In this document: one piece after another, positions 39,118-50,972 of the stretch
Numbering within the stretch: position 1 is the first letter of the stretch
Layout: each line of letters starts with the position of its first letter
Source: Fistulifera solaris
Taxonomy: Eukaryota
Length of the DNA stretch: 64,000 bases
Assembly: GCA_030295235.1 (NCBI GenBank)
Contig: AP026123.1
Coordinates: 434,001-498,000, forward strand
Direction: 5' to 3'
Translations under genes and position numbers: made by a program
Notes under the pieces: model-generated
Seen by the model: the letters and a program-made list of their open reading frames with translations, nothing else
Databases searched by the model: none
What the model was told of the DNA's origin: nothing

Positions 39118-40427
39118 TTATAAGAAGTAATCGGGTTTGAATTCCTCTGATGCTGCTTTTTGCTCTTGTCGTTGCTGCTCCTGCTGCGGCTGTTGCTCCA
39201 GGACAAGTTCATCATCAATTTCGACCACGGGATCTGAAGTACTCGTGTCACTATCATTTTCGATGAACAGCATACAATTTTCCGCAAACGCCTGCGGGAT
39301 ATCCATGGTGATATCTAGGCCTCCCTTATCGTTGCTCATTGGTTGCTCCTCTACGACATAAATCATATTACTTCGCGATGACATCGTCTCGGTGACACGC
39401 CTGCCTCGATGCCCACTATCCGACCCCGTACTAAATTGTGTCATCATTGGCTCTTCCACTCGGCAAAAGCTGCAGCCCAAGCTGGCAAAACATCGTCTCA
39501 GTTTCGCCTTCGTATCGGGTCGGTTGCGAACAAAAATGAGAAAATTCCATAGACCCTGTAGAGGCTCACAAAATGAAGACATGTAGTCAAGCCAGTAGGC
39601 TTTCCAGTTGAACCAATGTGCGATTGACCACAATGTAGAAGGCAACCAGGTAATCAAAAAGAAAGGGAATACAATACAGCCTGCAAGGCTACTTTTGTCG
39701 ATTCCTTTTCGGTGCGTCCCAAGGTGTGGCTCGAGTGCCCATCGACGCTGTAGCGATTTAATCGCTTGACGGTGCGTTTGACTTCCATGCAGATAAATGC
39801 CATACAGATGCAGCAAGCCACCACGCAAACCCAAAGTGGTCCGTAGAACAAGAGCACACCGTACAGCCAGGCATGATTTCCTCGCTCGCACGGCACATCG
39901 CTGGACTGAAAGCTGCTGTCTCCGCATTCGGCAGGGTCGCCAATAATCCAACACACGGCTCCTATGTGATTGTACTGCTCCAGAGGGAGCAGAAGGAATG
40001 AAGTTCCGACCGAAAATGATAGGATGAACCCGTGCACCCACCATTCAATGGAGGCAAGCATAAGATCGGTCCATCGGAAATTTATAATGAGTAAGTAAAA
40101 TAGCGCCAAAGAACAGTTGTAAAGAGGAGCACCGACGGCTAGCTGCAAAAGGAATCCTTGAAAGTTGCAGGTACCGCGATTGCCGGCACTGAGAGCGAAA
40201 TTTCCTTCGGGAACAAACCACGTAGACATGAACCATGCAAAGGAGGAAAGGATATCGATGCAACTCATTCCCACAAGAATGCGTTTCACAGGGCCTGCTC
40301 TATTTCGTTTCCCGTCGCAGTAGACCTCGTAAATGATCATAGCCGAGCATGGTATTGAAAGAGGAGCAGTTACTTTGGGAGTGATGGCGACAGCTCGCTG
40401 CTGCCGGTAGCTTAGTTGTTCCCCCAT
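39118..40427 (-). CDS. 7-TM G-protein-coupled receptor (cAMP-receptor/Git3-like diatom family); frameshift near 39660
   Basis: Seven hydrophobic segments across two ORFs: TCNFQGFLLQL, YNCSLALFYLL, VCWI, VALQAVLY, PLQGLWNFLIFVR. Confidence 0.85.
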
Positions 40428-41189
40428 CAAAGTAATGATAATGATGAACAAATACAACGATCGAACGTTTTGAAAAGCAATCAAGAAGGATTGGACCCAA
40501 GATCTTGCATCCACTTATACGCAAGAGGCATTGCACGCTCTGTGCGCTCTGCGGTAACAAAAGAGAGTAGTCAGTTGTTATGCCTTGCATGAGAAAGCAG
40601 AGACTTCTTTCAGCCATCATAAGACTAACAAAATGCCGATCGATGATCGATGAGTGTCAAAATCTGTTTCGAAAGCTAGATATTTGGCCACTTGTGTTCT
40701 AGCTTCCGGACCAATGAAAATCATTGCAGTAGAAAGCGACAGTCCGCACTAGTGTACAATGTACATAAGACTATAAGAGCTGGGCGTAAAACTTGCATAA
40801 GAATGGTGTTAGGCCGTAAATCGCTCGAAACTTCCCAGATTGTGCGCGGCAGAAGCAATCGATAGGTTGACACCACTAACTTTAACCCAAACGACTTTAA
40901 ACGAATTGTATTTTTTTTCATTGCTGGAGTGATAAAAAATACGGAGTACATAATCTAGCTTGCTTCATTTTCTGGTAGCAGGGATCGTGCGGTTTCAGTT
41001 AATTATGGAGACGAAATAAAGCATCATAACCAATATCCTTCTAAGGAGTTACACTGCTGCCTTTTTTATTCACCTCCGCTTCTTCTGCAACAATTGATTC
41101 CGAAATATGCTTGCTTCACAACTCAATAACATACGGTAGCCTTCTGCAGTCTGGAACACCCCTTACTTGTATACGTCGAAAGCCTAGCG

Positions 41190-41462
41190 AGCCATTTTTC
41201 GTCACGATTGCATTTGAGTCACGAGTCGATATTACTTCAAGTCACATTGCTACCTAACCTTCATCCGCTATGCCAACTTCACTAGTCTTCATTGCAGTAT
41301 ATATTATTATATTTATCTGCATTTTCAATAGACTACGCGCTGATCCTTGATGACCTTATCGTCGATAAAAGTTGTGAATCGTTTTTGATGGCCGTTTTTC
41401 AGCACGACTGCATTTGAGTCATGAATCAGTATTCTTCCAAATGCTACCAAGTCTAACCTTTG
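41190..41462. repeat. Degenerate direct repeat (two copies 200 bp apart), each carrying the GACTG-N5-AGTC dyad
   Basis: gccatttttcgtcacgattgcatttgagtcacga...ctaacctt at 41191 versus gccgtttttcagcacgactgcatttgagtcatga...ctaacctt at 41391. Confidence 0.7.
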
Positions 41463-41790
41463 CTTTTTCTGCAAAAAGTGAATAGGCTAAATTTGCATAT
41501 TTACAAATAAATGACCTTCATCAGTGTTTTGCAGTGCACATCTCAATTATTCGAGTTGTAAAGCCTTGCGGATCATTGTTTTCCCTATTTACTATAGGAC
41601 TAAAGTGAAGACGACGTTTTTCTTGTTTCACAACTCCTCACCCATCCGCTTAACGCGTAACCCTATAGAAAGGGATACATGCCATAGGTATACGAGCGGC
41701 AATATTTTCTCGTTGCAAAACGCATCTCACATTTGCTCGGCCTATTGAGAAGCAAATATTTCTTCTACTGTACCAGACTTCCGACAAATA

Positions 41791-42303
41791 ATGATTCCGT
41801 GCTTATCACATCAGCTGAGCTCATTTGTTTTGCCATCGGCGCCAGGTGTGTTGTCTTCATTGACTTTAGCCCACGAGCTTACACCAGCATTACCCACCCC
41901 AGCGACTTCTTCTTCGATCGATCCTTTATTGACTTCTGATTTGGGTTATGGAATCATCTCTGCGTTTATTCTGGCCGGATTTGCGACATTTTTACAAAGT
42001 CTTCGCTCGCAGAACGATTTTGTATTAGCACCTCCTCCCGTGAAGGATAATATTCGATCGGCTGTCACCAACACAACAACATTTGAGGACTGGAAAGACA
42101 TTTCTCGACCAGAAAATTTTGTGCTTTTCACAAAGAGAGGGAAAATGAACGCGAAAACTCCGTATCAGCGAGTTGAACAGCGCTGGGTCTTCTTCGCACT
42201 GCTGCTCTTGTTCACGCCTATTTTTTCGTTCGAGTTCTTTTTGACGGTGAGCCGTCAATTACTCTGTGCCTGGGATCAAGTTTTCTGCCAACCGTACCAT
42301 TAG
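41791..42303 (+). CDS. Hypothetical two-TM membrane protein
   Basis: 170-aa ORF with two hydrophobic helices and a WKDISRPENFV motif. The true start may lie upstream. Confidence 0.6.
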   Translation: MIPCLSHQLSSFVLPSAPGVLSSLTLAHELTPALPTPATSSSIDPLLTSDLGYGIISAFILAGFATFLQSLRSQNDFVLAPPPVKDNIRSAVTNTTTFEDWKDISRPENFVLFTKRGKMNAKTPYQRVEQRWVFFALLLLFTPIFSFEFFLTVSRQLLCAWDQVFCQPYH

Positions 42304-42903
42304 ACCAGTGGAATTTGCTGTTGATATTGTTGTGCTGTAATTGGAAGTACGCCGAGGTATTTGTTTTGCGCACTGGGCGTTGTGGTGGCTGAGGATCGGC
42401 GAGCACGTGTTAACGTTTTGACTTTCACAAGAAAGAATCGAGACTGGGTATAAAGTTTGCTACCTTCATGATCAACGTAGGCGGCAACTGCTATGGGATA
42501 TAGATTCGTTGCTTGCCGAGCAAGATGAAGCAGAGCGTCAGTTCGGAGGAAAAAGTGAAATGACGACTGCTCCCCGAAGATAGAATAGTTGGAGCAACCG
42601 CCACCTGTGACACGAGTCAACCTTGATTTTCGTTTGTCGCTGGGAGCGTAAAGCTGATAAACACCTTCATGTTGATCCCTTTGCAACTAGACCTACTGTT
42701 TGCAATACGTCATACCAGGGGTATTACGTCTTATTATGTTGGAGGGTCAAAAACCTGATCCCTTATCTACTGAGGCCAAAATCAGGAAAATTATTCGGAA
42801 AAACCAGCGTATTTTCTTTCAAAATGTTTCTTTCGTTGATATAAACGACTCTTTTAAGTCCAACGTGCAATCCGCGTAAAGACCGGATGCGGTTTCAAAA
42901 GCG

Positions 42904-43173
42904 ATGGCACTGACACTGAAAGCAGGTCAACGAAATGCGGCTGCGTCAAGACGTATCTCTCCCAGCGACAGAAGAGTCATGTTATTGCACAACAAGAGCC
43001 GTCTTTTCTTCCGAAATGTTCATCATTGTGTTACTTTTGGTCGCGTTCGTCATGCTTGGGGCGAACACGTCGAACGTCATCCAAGATCAGTCTCGTGGCT
43101 TCTTCGATATCTCTTCAAGGAACAAAATCAAACAATCAGCGAACGATCCGCTTAGCAACGACACCTGGAGGTC
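42904..43173 (+). pseudogene. 5' part of the ABHD14-like alpha/beta-hydrolase gene interrupted by the retrotransposon
   Basis: TM segment FIIVLLLVAFVMLG. Removing the element and one TSD copy gives the continuous reading ...RLATTPGG-LAYYSCPSSRPSLILLHG. Further indels lie upstream. Confidence 0.7.
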
Positions 43174-43574
43174 AGTCAGGAATATAATGTAGCTTAAACT
43201 ATAGGGATGGTTGCAACAAGCTTGGGGCCAATTCCAAACTCTTACAACAGGATATCTAACAAGTCTAGGCAAACAAATTAGATTATGATGTTACTCGCTA
43301 CGGCTGGGATAAATCTTGAGAGGAAGCCGAATTTGCGATCTTGTTGATGAAGTGAAATAACTGTGCCCACAATAGTAGAACGTATGGATGGAATAGTAGA
43401 TGAGAAGGAAATGGGCCCGATGACCTCCAAGACTTAGGGCGTTGGAAGCGTCCCATAAGATTCTTAACACTGAAACTTGAGGTGCTTGGGATAATTAGAT
43501 GAAAACATAGAAAAGGTAGATCAGGAGCAACCGTGCCAGCGTCAATACCGATCAGACGCGACGGATTACTGACT
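43174..43574 (-). repeat. 3' LTR (401 bp), termini AGTCAG...CTGACT
   Basis: Direct repeat of 50568-50972. Immediately preceded on the minus strand by the polypurine tract. Confidence 0.95.
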
Positions 43575-43585
43575 CTCCCTCTTGA
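43575..43585 (-). other. Polypurine tract (PPT)
   Basis: Minus-strand TCAAGAGGGAG abuts the first base of the 3' LTR. Confidence 0.85.
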
Positions 43586-43663
43586 CGGACCGAAGAGAAA
43601 GAGCTTTAAACTAAAGCTATGACACGAAGGGCAGTCACAACTTTCAGCTCCTGTCTGTAATTG

Positions 43664-46600
43664 TCAGAAGCCCATAAAGCGCTTGCGAAGATCCAAGAAC
43701 GTAGCGAATCGACCTTAGTAAAGATGTCGGCAAAATTATTCTTCGACTCGATCTTTTTGACTAGTAGATCGCCATTCTTGACATGTTCGCGAAACCAATG
43801 GTACTTCACTCGCGTAAAACTTAGACTGCGGAGTGTCTTCAGGTGCATTCGCCAAGGTGAGCGCCATTGTTGTCTTCGAAGATAACAGAATGGGTTCGAA
43901 CCTTGACCTCGGAATTTAACTTGAAACACTCGCACAATTCTCGAGCCACGATACGCATAGGGATAACTTGGCGTGCGCACATCGATAGAGAAATGTACTC
44001 CGCCATCATAGTGGACAAGCATGTCTCGACTATGAGCTGCGATTTCCAAGTGACTGGGCAGCCGCCAAAGCAAATGACAAAACCAGCGAGACTTAACTGA
44101 TTTCGGGTCAGTAGGGCGTTCAGAACCCCATGTTCCAGCGAAATCGGAATCAACATAAGCGTCAATAGCAACATGGTTGCCAGGCTTAAGAGTCAGTCCA
44201 TTCAAGCGTAGTCTGTAAATATCGAACAATTTTCTTCACAGCAACACCATGGCTTTTCTTGGGATTCGCGCTATAACGAGCGGCTTGAGACACTGCCATA
44301 GTGATGTCGGGACGGGTATTATTCGAAATAAACAACAACATGCCGATGACCGAACGGTAATCCCAATTTTCTGTAAACGGGTCACCATCAGGATCCGAAC
44401 CCAAAGCTTCACCTGCCTTCGCCGGAACCTTTCGATCATCCTTGGAGACTCGATCCGCGAGAGAATCCCACTGTAGAACTAATCTTATCAATTAACGGCG
44501 TCTGGGTTAAAAGAAATGAGTCTCCATTGCGCTTGACCTGAATTCCTAGGTACTGAGAAATAGTTCCTTCATCCGTGACTGGGAGTCCCACTTTCTTCAA
44601 TTCAGCTAGGAGATTATCGATCTTCTTCTGGTCATCAGCAATAACGAACTTGTCATCGACATAGAGACTAACAGCGATGCCATCACCGAAGTACAAGCAC
44701 GAATCCTTCGAGCACTGCTTCAAATTCAACGTCTTGGTAAAGATTTCGTGGCAATGCTGATAATACAACCGAGGCGCATCGGCCGCTCCATAAATAGAAC
44801 GGTGCACTTTCAAGCAGTAGTCAGCGGGGATTGCACCTTCAGGGATTTTGGAAAGTAGAAAGGGGATATTCGCTGACCCGATAGGAAGTGACATGAACTT
44901 TACTTCCTTCAACTTAGCTTGGACGAATGCATTCGACACGTCAAAACAGCGCGTGACATAATCAAAGCGTAGCGGCAGCGTGAGCATCATGCGAACTGTA
45001 GACCACGTTCGACCGGGCGTAAGTATCCTAAACGTGTTTCTCTAAATCTCCACGAAGACATAGGGCGAAGCTTTGTGCCGCTTGACTTCACCTGTAAACT
45101 GATTGCGTTTTGCGGCGAAAAGTCCAAGTTGACGGAACAATTTGCGCGCCGATGGCATGAGCTTCGTCCTTGTGAACGATCGTGAAGGTCTTGGCGTTCC
45201 ACAATTCTTCAAACTCGGTCTGCATTCCTTTAATAAATTCATCGCGATCGACAGCCTTGAGAACATCCCAGTACGTGAGGGTGTCAGGGTCGGAATTCTT
45301 CTTTTTCTTCTTCTTGACTGGTGGAGACGAAGACGAAGAAAGAACTTCTATCGCGGAAAGATACATCTTCATAGCTTCCGACTCATGCGCAATGCGTCCA
45401 TCCATAAATAACATTTCTTGGATTGCGAGACGTGCGATGTGCTGGAGCTGCCAAAGACCCAATTCGGCAAATCCGTACTCGTCGGCGAATTTCTTGGCAG
45501 GCTTGCCAAAATTCGAACGAGACGAACGACGCAAAACCGGAGGAGTTTCCTCTTCAACAGTTTCAGTCGGTGCGGAATCGGCAGCAGGGATAGGAATAGA
45601 CGGGGAGGCGGACTCGACAGTCGGCTCTGGAGGTGCGGGCGACTTCGGGCACGGCCCAAGGGTCCGGCATATCCTCAAACGGAATATCTGCTAACTCGTC
45701 GACGAAATCGGGCGGAGGAGGAGTGCTAAACGTAGCCACGTCCACAGCATACGGAGATGAAACGTTAGGACCGGCAGCATCTTGACTTGGAGACGGTTCT
45801 GGAAACAAGTCACCCTCGGTCTCCCTGTGATGCGAAGGTGCTAGGGCTGACTCCCTCTGAGGCAAAGACGGCGGATCCGGCTCCCTCCGAAGCGGAGCAT
45901 CAAAGGCGACCTTGCGGCGAAAGGTGTCACGCGGTTTTCCGATGCGATTCGACGAAACAGGACGAGTTCCACTCATTCGACGACGTTCTTGCCACTCTTC
46001 GGTCCACTCGGGACTCAGTTCGAACTCAAGAGTGTTGTCGGCATCATCCAACGACTGCCAATCGAGGGCGAGATTCGAACATTTTGTCCCAGGGATACTG
46101 CGAAAAATCAGGGATAGCATCGGCATCACTCTCCACAGTGAAGAACCAATCGTCGAATAGACAATGGAACTGCGAAGTGATATAGCCGGAATGGGGATTC
46201 AAAACCTTGGGAACACTCGAAGTACTTTTCACTGACTCCCATGTAAACCCAGCGCCCGAGAGCGCGGTTTCCACTAGGAATTTTTCCGCCCTTCGAGATT
46301 CCAGGGTCCAATACATAGACAGGGGAGCCCCAAACGTGCAAATCGGAATATTCTTGCGGATCGAGGGATCGAATTTGTCAACAATTCAATCGAAGAACGA
46401 TTTGCAGTATCTCGGCGAGGCACTCGATTCATGAGATGGGCTGCATGAAGAACTGCCATCGGCCACAATTTGGACTCAATAATTTCCGGCCAGTGAAGGG
46501 TCGCATGAATCATCATCGTGCAGCGTCATATTCATGAGCACACCGATCGCCGCTCGGCTGGACCATTGTGATGATGCGCGCCAGGAGCTGCAATTCGTTG

Positions 46601-48691
46601 AACTTGACGATTTTCTGCGAGATCCTCTTGAAATCCTTGCGAAGTAAACGACTTGTGACCGTCGAAAGCGTGCTCTTTGATGCGATCGGCGCCCGTGGTC
46701 GGCCATCCAATCTTCAAAAGCATGTTTTCCCAACAGAGTCTCGTGAGTGTCGAAAGTGGTGTGGAGATGAACTCGGACACAACCAGTCGCGGCATCTACC
46801 CAAATAGAACCACCGATATATTTGTTTCCTCCGACGCCAGTGCCAGACTCGGACCGTCCTTCCTTGTCACAATAAAAATGATCGACGAAAACTCGGTCGC
46901 CCGGCATAAGCTGCTCTCGCTTTGTAGCCATAACTTTATCAGGATCAACAACTACTTTCTTGCCTTCCTTAGATGTTTGACGCTGCTTGCCGTGAGTTAC
47001 AGGCGAGGCATCCACACTTAGGGGCTTCGGAGGCTTTCTTGTCGGCCGTCTTGTTTCGACTTGCTTTTTGAAATAATTCGATTCGCTGAGGGAGGCGCTT
47101 GACGACATCCAAATGAACATGACCCAGGATTTGATGCCATTGCAAAAGCGTCTTTTGAGGCTCCGATAGATTCAGATTTCGCTGATCTACGGCCGTCAAA
47201 TTAGCTTCGAACGGTTCGTCATCGTCATCCTTGCAGCGCTTGTTTCGAAAATGTGTCCGGAACCATATCAACTTCGAAATCGATGGGATAAACGACTCCG
47301 ATGAACAGGTTGGACCGCACGTCGAGGGGAACTTCGATGGGAGGCTGATACGGTGCAGATGCTTCAGAAGGAGCCGGTCCGATGTCGACTTCGACCGTCG
47401 GACGCTCACCTCTGTCGCATTACACATCTTCGAACCACGGGCGTACCTGCATGCACATTCTCAGCATCTCGGAGTAGGGTTTGAGTGCTGATCAAATTGC
47501 GGCTGCAAGTCGGGGGCGTAGTAGGCATGCCCGCGATAAATCGACCATTTTCCGTTCGTTCCGAGCTTTGCACGTGAAGAGACCTTCGCCTTCGACTCGA
47601 ACCGACCCTGTGATACCATGGAGCAGGGGTCCAAAGATAGTCTCAGGTGGTGAATCAAAGAGGCGAGGATCATTCAACAAGTGACCAGAAGCACCGCTAT
47701 CGTAGACCACTTCGGCGCCAGGCTCTTCCCTGATTTGTGAGGAAGTTAAACTCCTCCCTCGACCGGGAGAAAGCGTGCGAAAAGTTGCGAGGGCCAAAAA
47801 GACGTTCCACTTCCTGAGCCATACTCTGCTCAACAAGTCTTGCCCCTATCTGATCCGTGTCCTCGAGTTCCGTATGTAGGAAAGCGGTACTGAAGTCCAC
47901 GTCATGCGAAAAGTCGAAGTCAATCCCGCGCACAGTCATGAGTGGCAAAGAATCCGGCGGACTTGGAACGAAATGAACAGAATTAAGCCCAACTAGACGC
48001 AGTCGGTCGGTGATAGTTCGAATCCACTGACTGCCAATGCGTGCGGTAGGAGGGGGCCTAAATTGCGGCCGCGGAATGCTCGAGTTCCCAACCCAATAGC
48101 GACAGCTTCTCTCCCTCTGAACGAGGCATGAAGGGGTCGGTATAGGGAAAATAGTGCGCAGCGATTATCTTGAAAATATCGCGGCGTCGCCCAAACTGCT
48201 TGCGAAGGTCGGTATACAGGGATTCTTCAAGGCGTTTCTTGTAATCTCCAATGTCAGGAAAGAAACGTTGGTTCCGCAAGCGAATAGGAAAAGAGCGATG
48301 GACAGCGCGATAGTAGGAGCGACCCGGACGTGGGGGCGACGAGCGAGAATTCTTCGGAAATTCCACTGGGAGTCCCGAGGAGATTTCTTGCGCGACGCTT
48401 TGCGTGTCCGGTGAACAACGGAAATCGCAACACAGAAAACACTTGAACTACCGACAGAAAAGCCGATAAGTCAACAAACAGAAAGCGAAGTCCGAGGAAG
48501 AAAGGAAAGACTCTGAAAATGCTTGCAGAAAATCCGCCAATCGTGACCCACTTCGCGATAGAGGAAAGTACGGTGACGTAATTTCCCATCGCAATGCGGC
48601 CGAAAAGCATCGTTAGCAACAAACAAGTCCAAAACACAAACCAAACCTTTTCGTCCCCGACGTGAGAATCGGAGTCCCTCCGACCCTCAAG
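43664..48691 (-). CDS. pol: Copia pol polyprotein (hydrophobic leader, protease, integrase, RT, RNase H), fragmented by many indels
   Basis: YDSGASGHL (PR, ~47690), LLQWHQILGH (IN zinc region), HHHNGPAERR (IN core), FDVSNAFVQA and LYVDD (RT), AYVDSDFAG, FEDNNGA and NFADIFTK (RNase H). Confidence 0.9.
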
Positions 48692-50514
48692 TCAGAGGTT
48701 GATCCCCTCATCCGAAACGACTTCACAGAAATTGAAGCTCGGAGGAACCTTTCCGGAACCGAGAAAATCCTTCTTCATCTCGATCAACTGCTCGGTCGTC
48801 ACCCTGACATTCTTTCCGTGATCCTTCGGAAGATGAGTCGAAACCCAACGATTACACTCGCGGGCACCACCAATACAAGCGGTTATCGACGACTTTCATC
48901 TGCTTTTCGCCGTCCTTGGGGGCCGGGTGATCGATTCCATTTTTCTTGCGATTGTTCCGGTTTTTCTTGGGATTTTTAGAATTACCGGAATTCGAGTTCT
49001 TGCACTTGGGACAATCCGCTTTCTTCACTCCTGGGGTGTTGCACCCCCAACACTTGAGATTCGGATTCGTCCCGCCCTTGGCTTCGTTCAAATAGAACTG
49101 GGGCGACGCTTTCTTGTCCTTGCTCGCGACCCATTTCCAGTGTCCGCCATCGCGCAAACTGTCATACAACTGCATGGCCTTGTCCAACACATTCTCCCAA
49201 TGCAGGTGTTTGTCGCGCAAAAGAGCCATCAACTGTCCATTGGAGTGATCGCCCAAAGTGCGGATAGCCTGGACAATCGGATCGTAGAACGAACGACGAA
49301 TTTCTTCAGAAAATCCGACAGCGCCAATTTCGAAGAACGCATCAATCAACCAGAGCATGAGTGTCTTATCCAACTCATTACCGGCGTTCGAGCAAGCGAA
49401 GTTCCTTGCGAATGGCGGTGCAGAATTGTTTCACATCATGTCCGGTGAAGTCCTTGATTTTGCGTTTCATCAACTGCGCTTTGTCTTCTTCGAGGCCACG
49501 GATCGACGTGGGATGGATTTCGTTGCAAATCATCATAAGAATGATAACGGCAGGCAAATCCTCGTAGTCCATGTACGGCGAGATCGTCGAGCGAAGGTCT
49601 TCGTCCATATGGTTGCTAAACAAGGTCATCCATGCGGAGTTGTTCTCTTTGTCGTAAGAATCCCACTCCCAGAGCATCATGAGTAGTTCCACCTTTCCCT
49701 TTTCCGTCAACCAGTTGAAAAGAGTATGGAAGTCCGGGACATAGAGCATCTTCTTCGGATCGTTCGGATCGGGCCAATAAAGCACAGTGTCCATACCGTG
49801 AATCTTGCCATGCGCACTCAAACGAGAGAGAAGATCATACAAGTCACACTTAAGCGTAAACTTGAAGTCTTCGATCTTGCAGCGTTTGGTGTATCCGCGC
49901 TCTTCGGCAGAAGTTCCAGGGACATAACGTTTGCAATCGGGCGTATCCAGAGACTTTCCAGCGAGGCCACTCCAATCATGCTTCGGAGCACCACCCATAA
50001 CGACCGTAGTTGCATTCTTCAGAATTCCCATCTTCGAGCTTCAAGACTGGGAACATTGGAATAGACACTACCACTTGGAGTGAAAGGCGTTTCTGGGTGA
50101 GAAGGTGTGGTCACCGGAGGCATAAGTCCAGCCTCAGAAAAGCGAACGCCAGCTGCACCTCGAGCGGTCGTCACCATGGGTTTTTCAGTAGCGCTTGTAG
50201 TCGTAACAGGGCTTAACGACAGGTGCATCATCGCGTCCAGTAGCGGCAACTTGAGCGTCGTACATCGCTTGCAAGTTGGCAATGGTCGCTTTGAGTTCAT
50301 CCAACGGCATCGGAGCTGCAATGTCCGTAAGGACATCGGCCGACGGTTTCAGAACGAGAGTAGGGACAGCGTCTCCGGAAGGTTCTCCAGAAACATCGGT
50401 ATCCTCGGCATCAAACATCTCTTCTTCATCGAGATCGGGGTCAGGGTTGATCACCAAATCCTCTCCGTCGCGAGCGGGAGGATTCTCTTGGTCTCCAGGG
50501 TTCATCGGGTTCAT
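48692..50514 (-). CDS. gag: Copia gag polyprotein, fragmented by indels
   Basis: ORF pieces 50185-50514, 50019-50336, 49378-50031, 48852-49373. HGMDTVLY core, CWGC...CPKC and WCxECNRWVSTH Cys/His motifs. Ends at TGA 48692-48694. Confidence 0.8.
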
Positions 50515-50555
50515 CGTGCACAGGGGTTGCGTAGCGGAAGTAACAGAGCCACCGA

Positions 50556-50568
50556 GGCAGTGCTACCA
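50556..50568 (-). other. Primer-binding site, probably for initiator tRNA-Met
   Basis: Minus-strand TGGTAGCACTGCC is complementary to a tRNA 3' end ...CAGUGCU-ACCA, implying an A1:U72 pair typical of eukaryotic initiator tRNA. Its first T is the last LTR base. Confidence 0.7.
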
Positions 50569-50972
50569 GTCAGGAATATAATGTAGCTTAAACTATAGGG
50601 ATGGTTGCAACAAGCTTGGGGCCAATTCCAAACTCTTACAACAGGATATCTAACAAGTCTAGGCAAACAAATTAGATTATGATGTTACTCGCTACGCTGG
50701 GATAAATCTTGAGAGGAAGCGAATTTGCGATCTTGTTGATGAAGTGAAATAACTGTGCCCACAATAGTAGAACGTATGGATGGAATAGTAGATGAGAAGG
50801 AAATGGGCCCGATGACCTCCAAGACTTAGGCGAGGGTCGTTGGAAGCGTCCCATAAGATTCTTAACACTGAAACTTGAGGTGCTTGGGATAATTAGATGA
50901 AAACATAGAAAAGGTAGATCAGGAGCAACCGTGCCAGCGTCAATACCGATCAGACGCGACGGATTACTGACT
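50568..50972 (-). repeat. 5' LTR (405 bp), termini AGTCAG...CTGACT
   Basis: Direct repeat of 43174-43574, differing by four small indel regions. Confidence 0.95.

Larger units (their letters stand above)
43174..50972 (-). mobile_element. Full-length Ty1/copia LTR retrotransposon (CoDi-like), 7799 bp, TSD AGGTC
   Basis: Near-identical LTRs. TSD AGGTC at 43169-43173 and 50973-50977. PBS and PPT present. Domain order gag-PR-IN-RT-RNaseH. Confidence 0.97.

Noticed and set aside
42300..42686. 128-aa minus-strand ORF overlapping the stop of the 41791-42303 gene
   Set aside because: Non-ATG start, no recognisable motif and no clear splice path to an ATG.
43586..43663. Possible env-like ORF 3' of pol
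   Set aside because: Only about 80 bp separate the pol end from the PPT, leaving no room.
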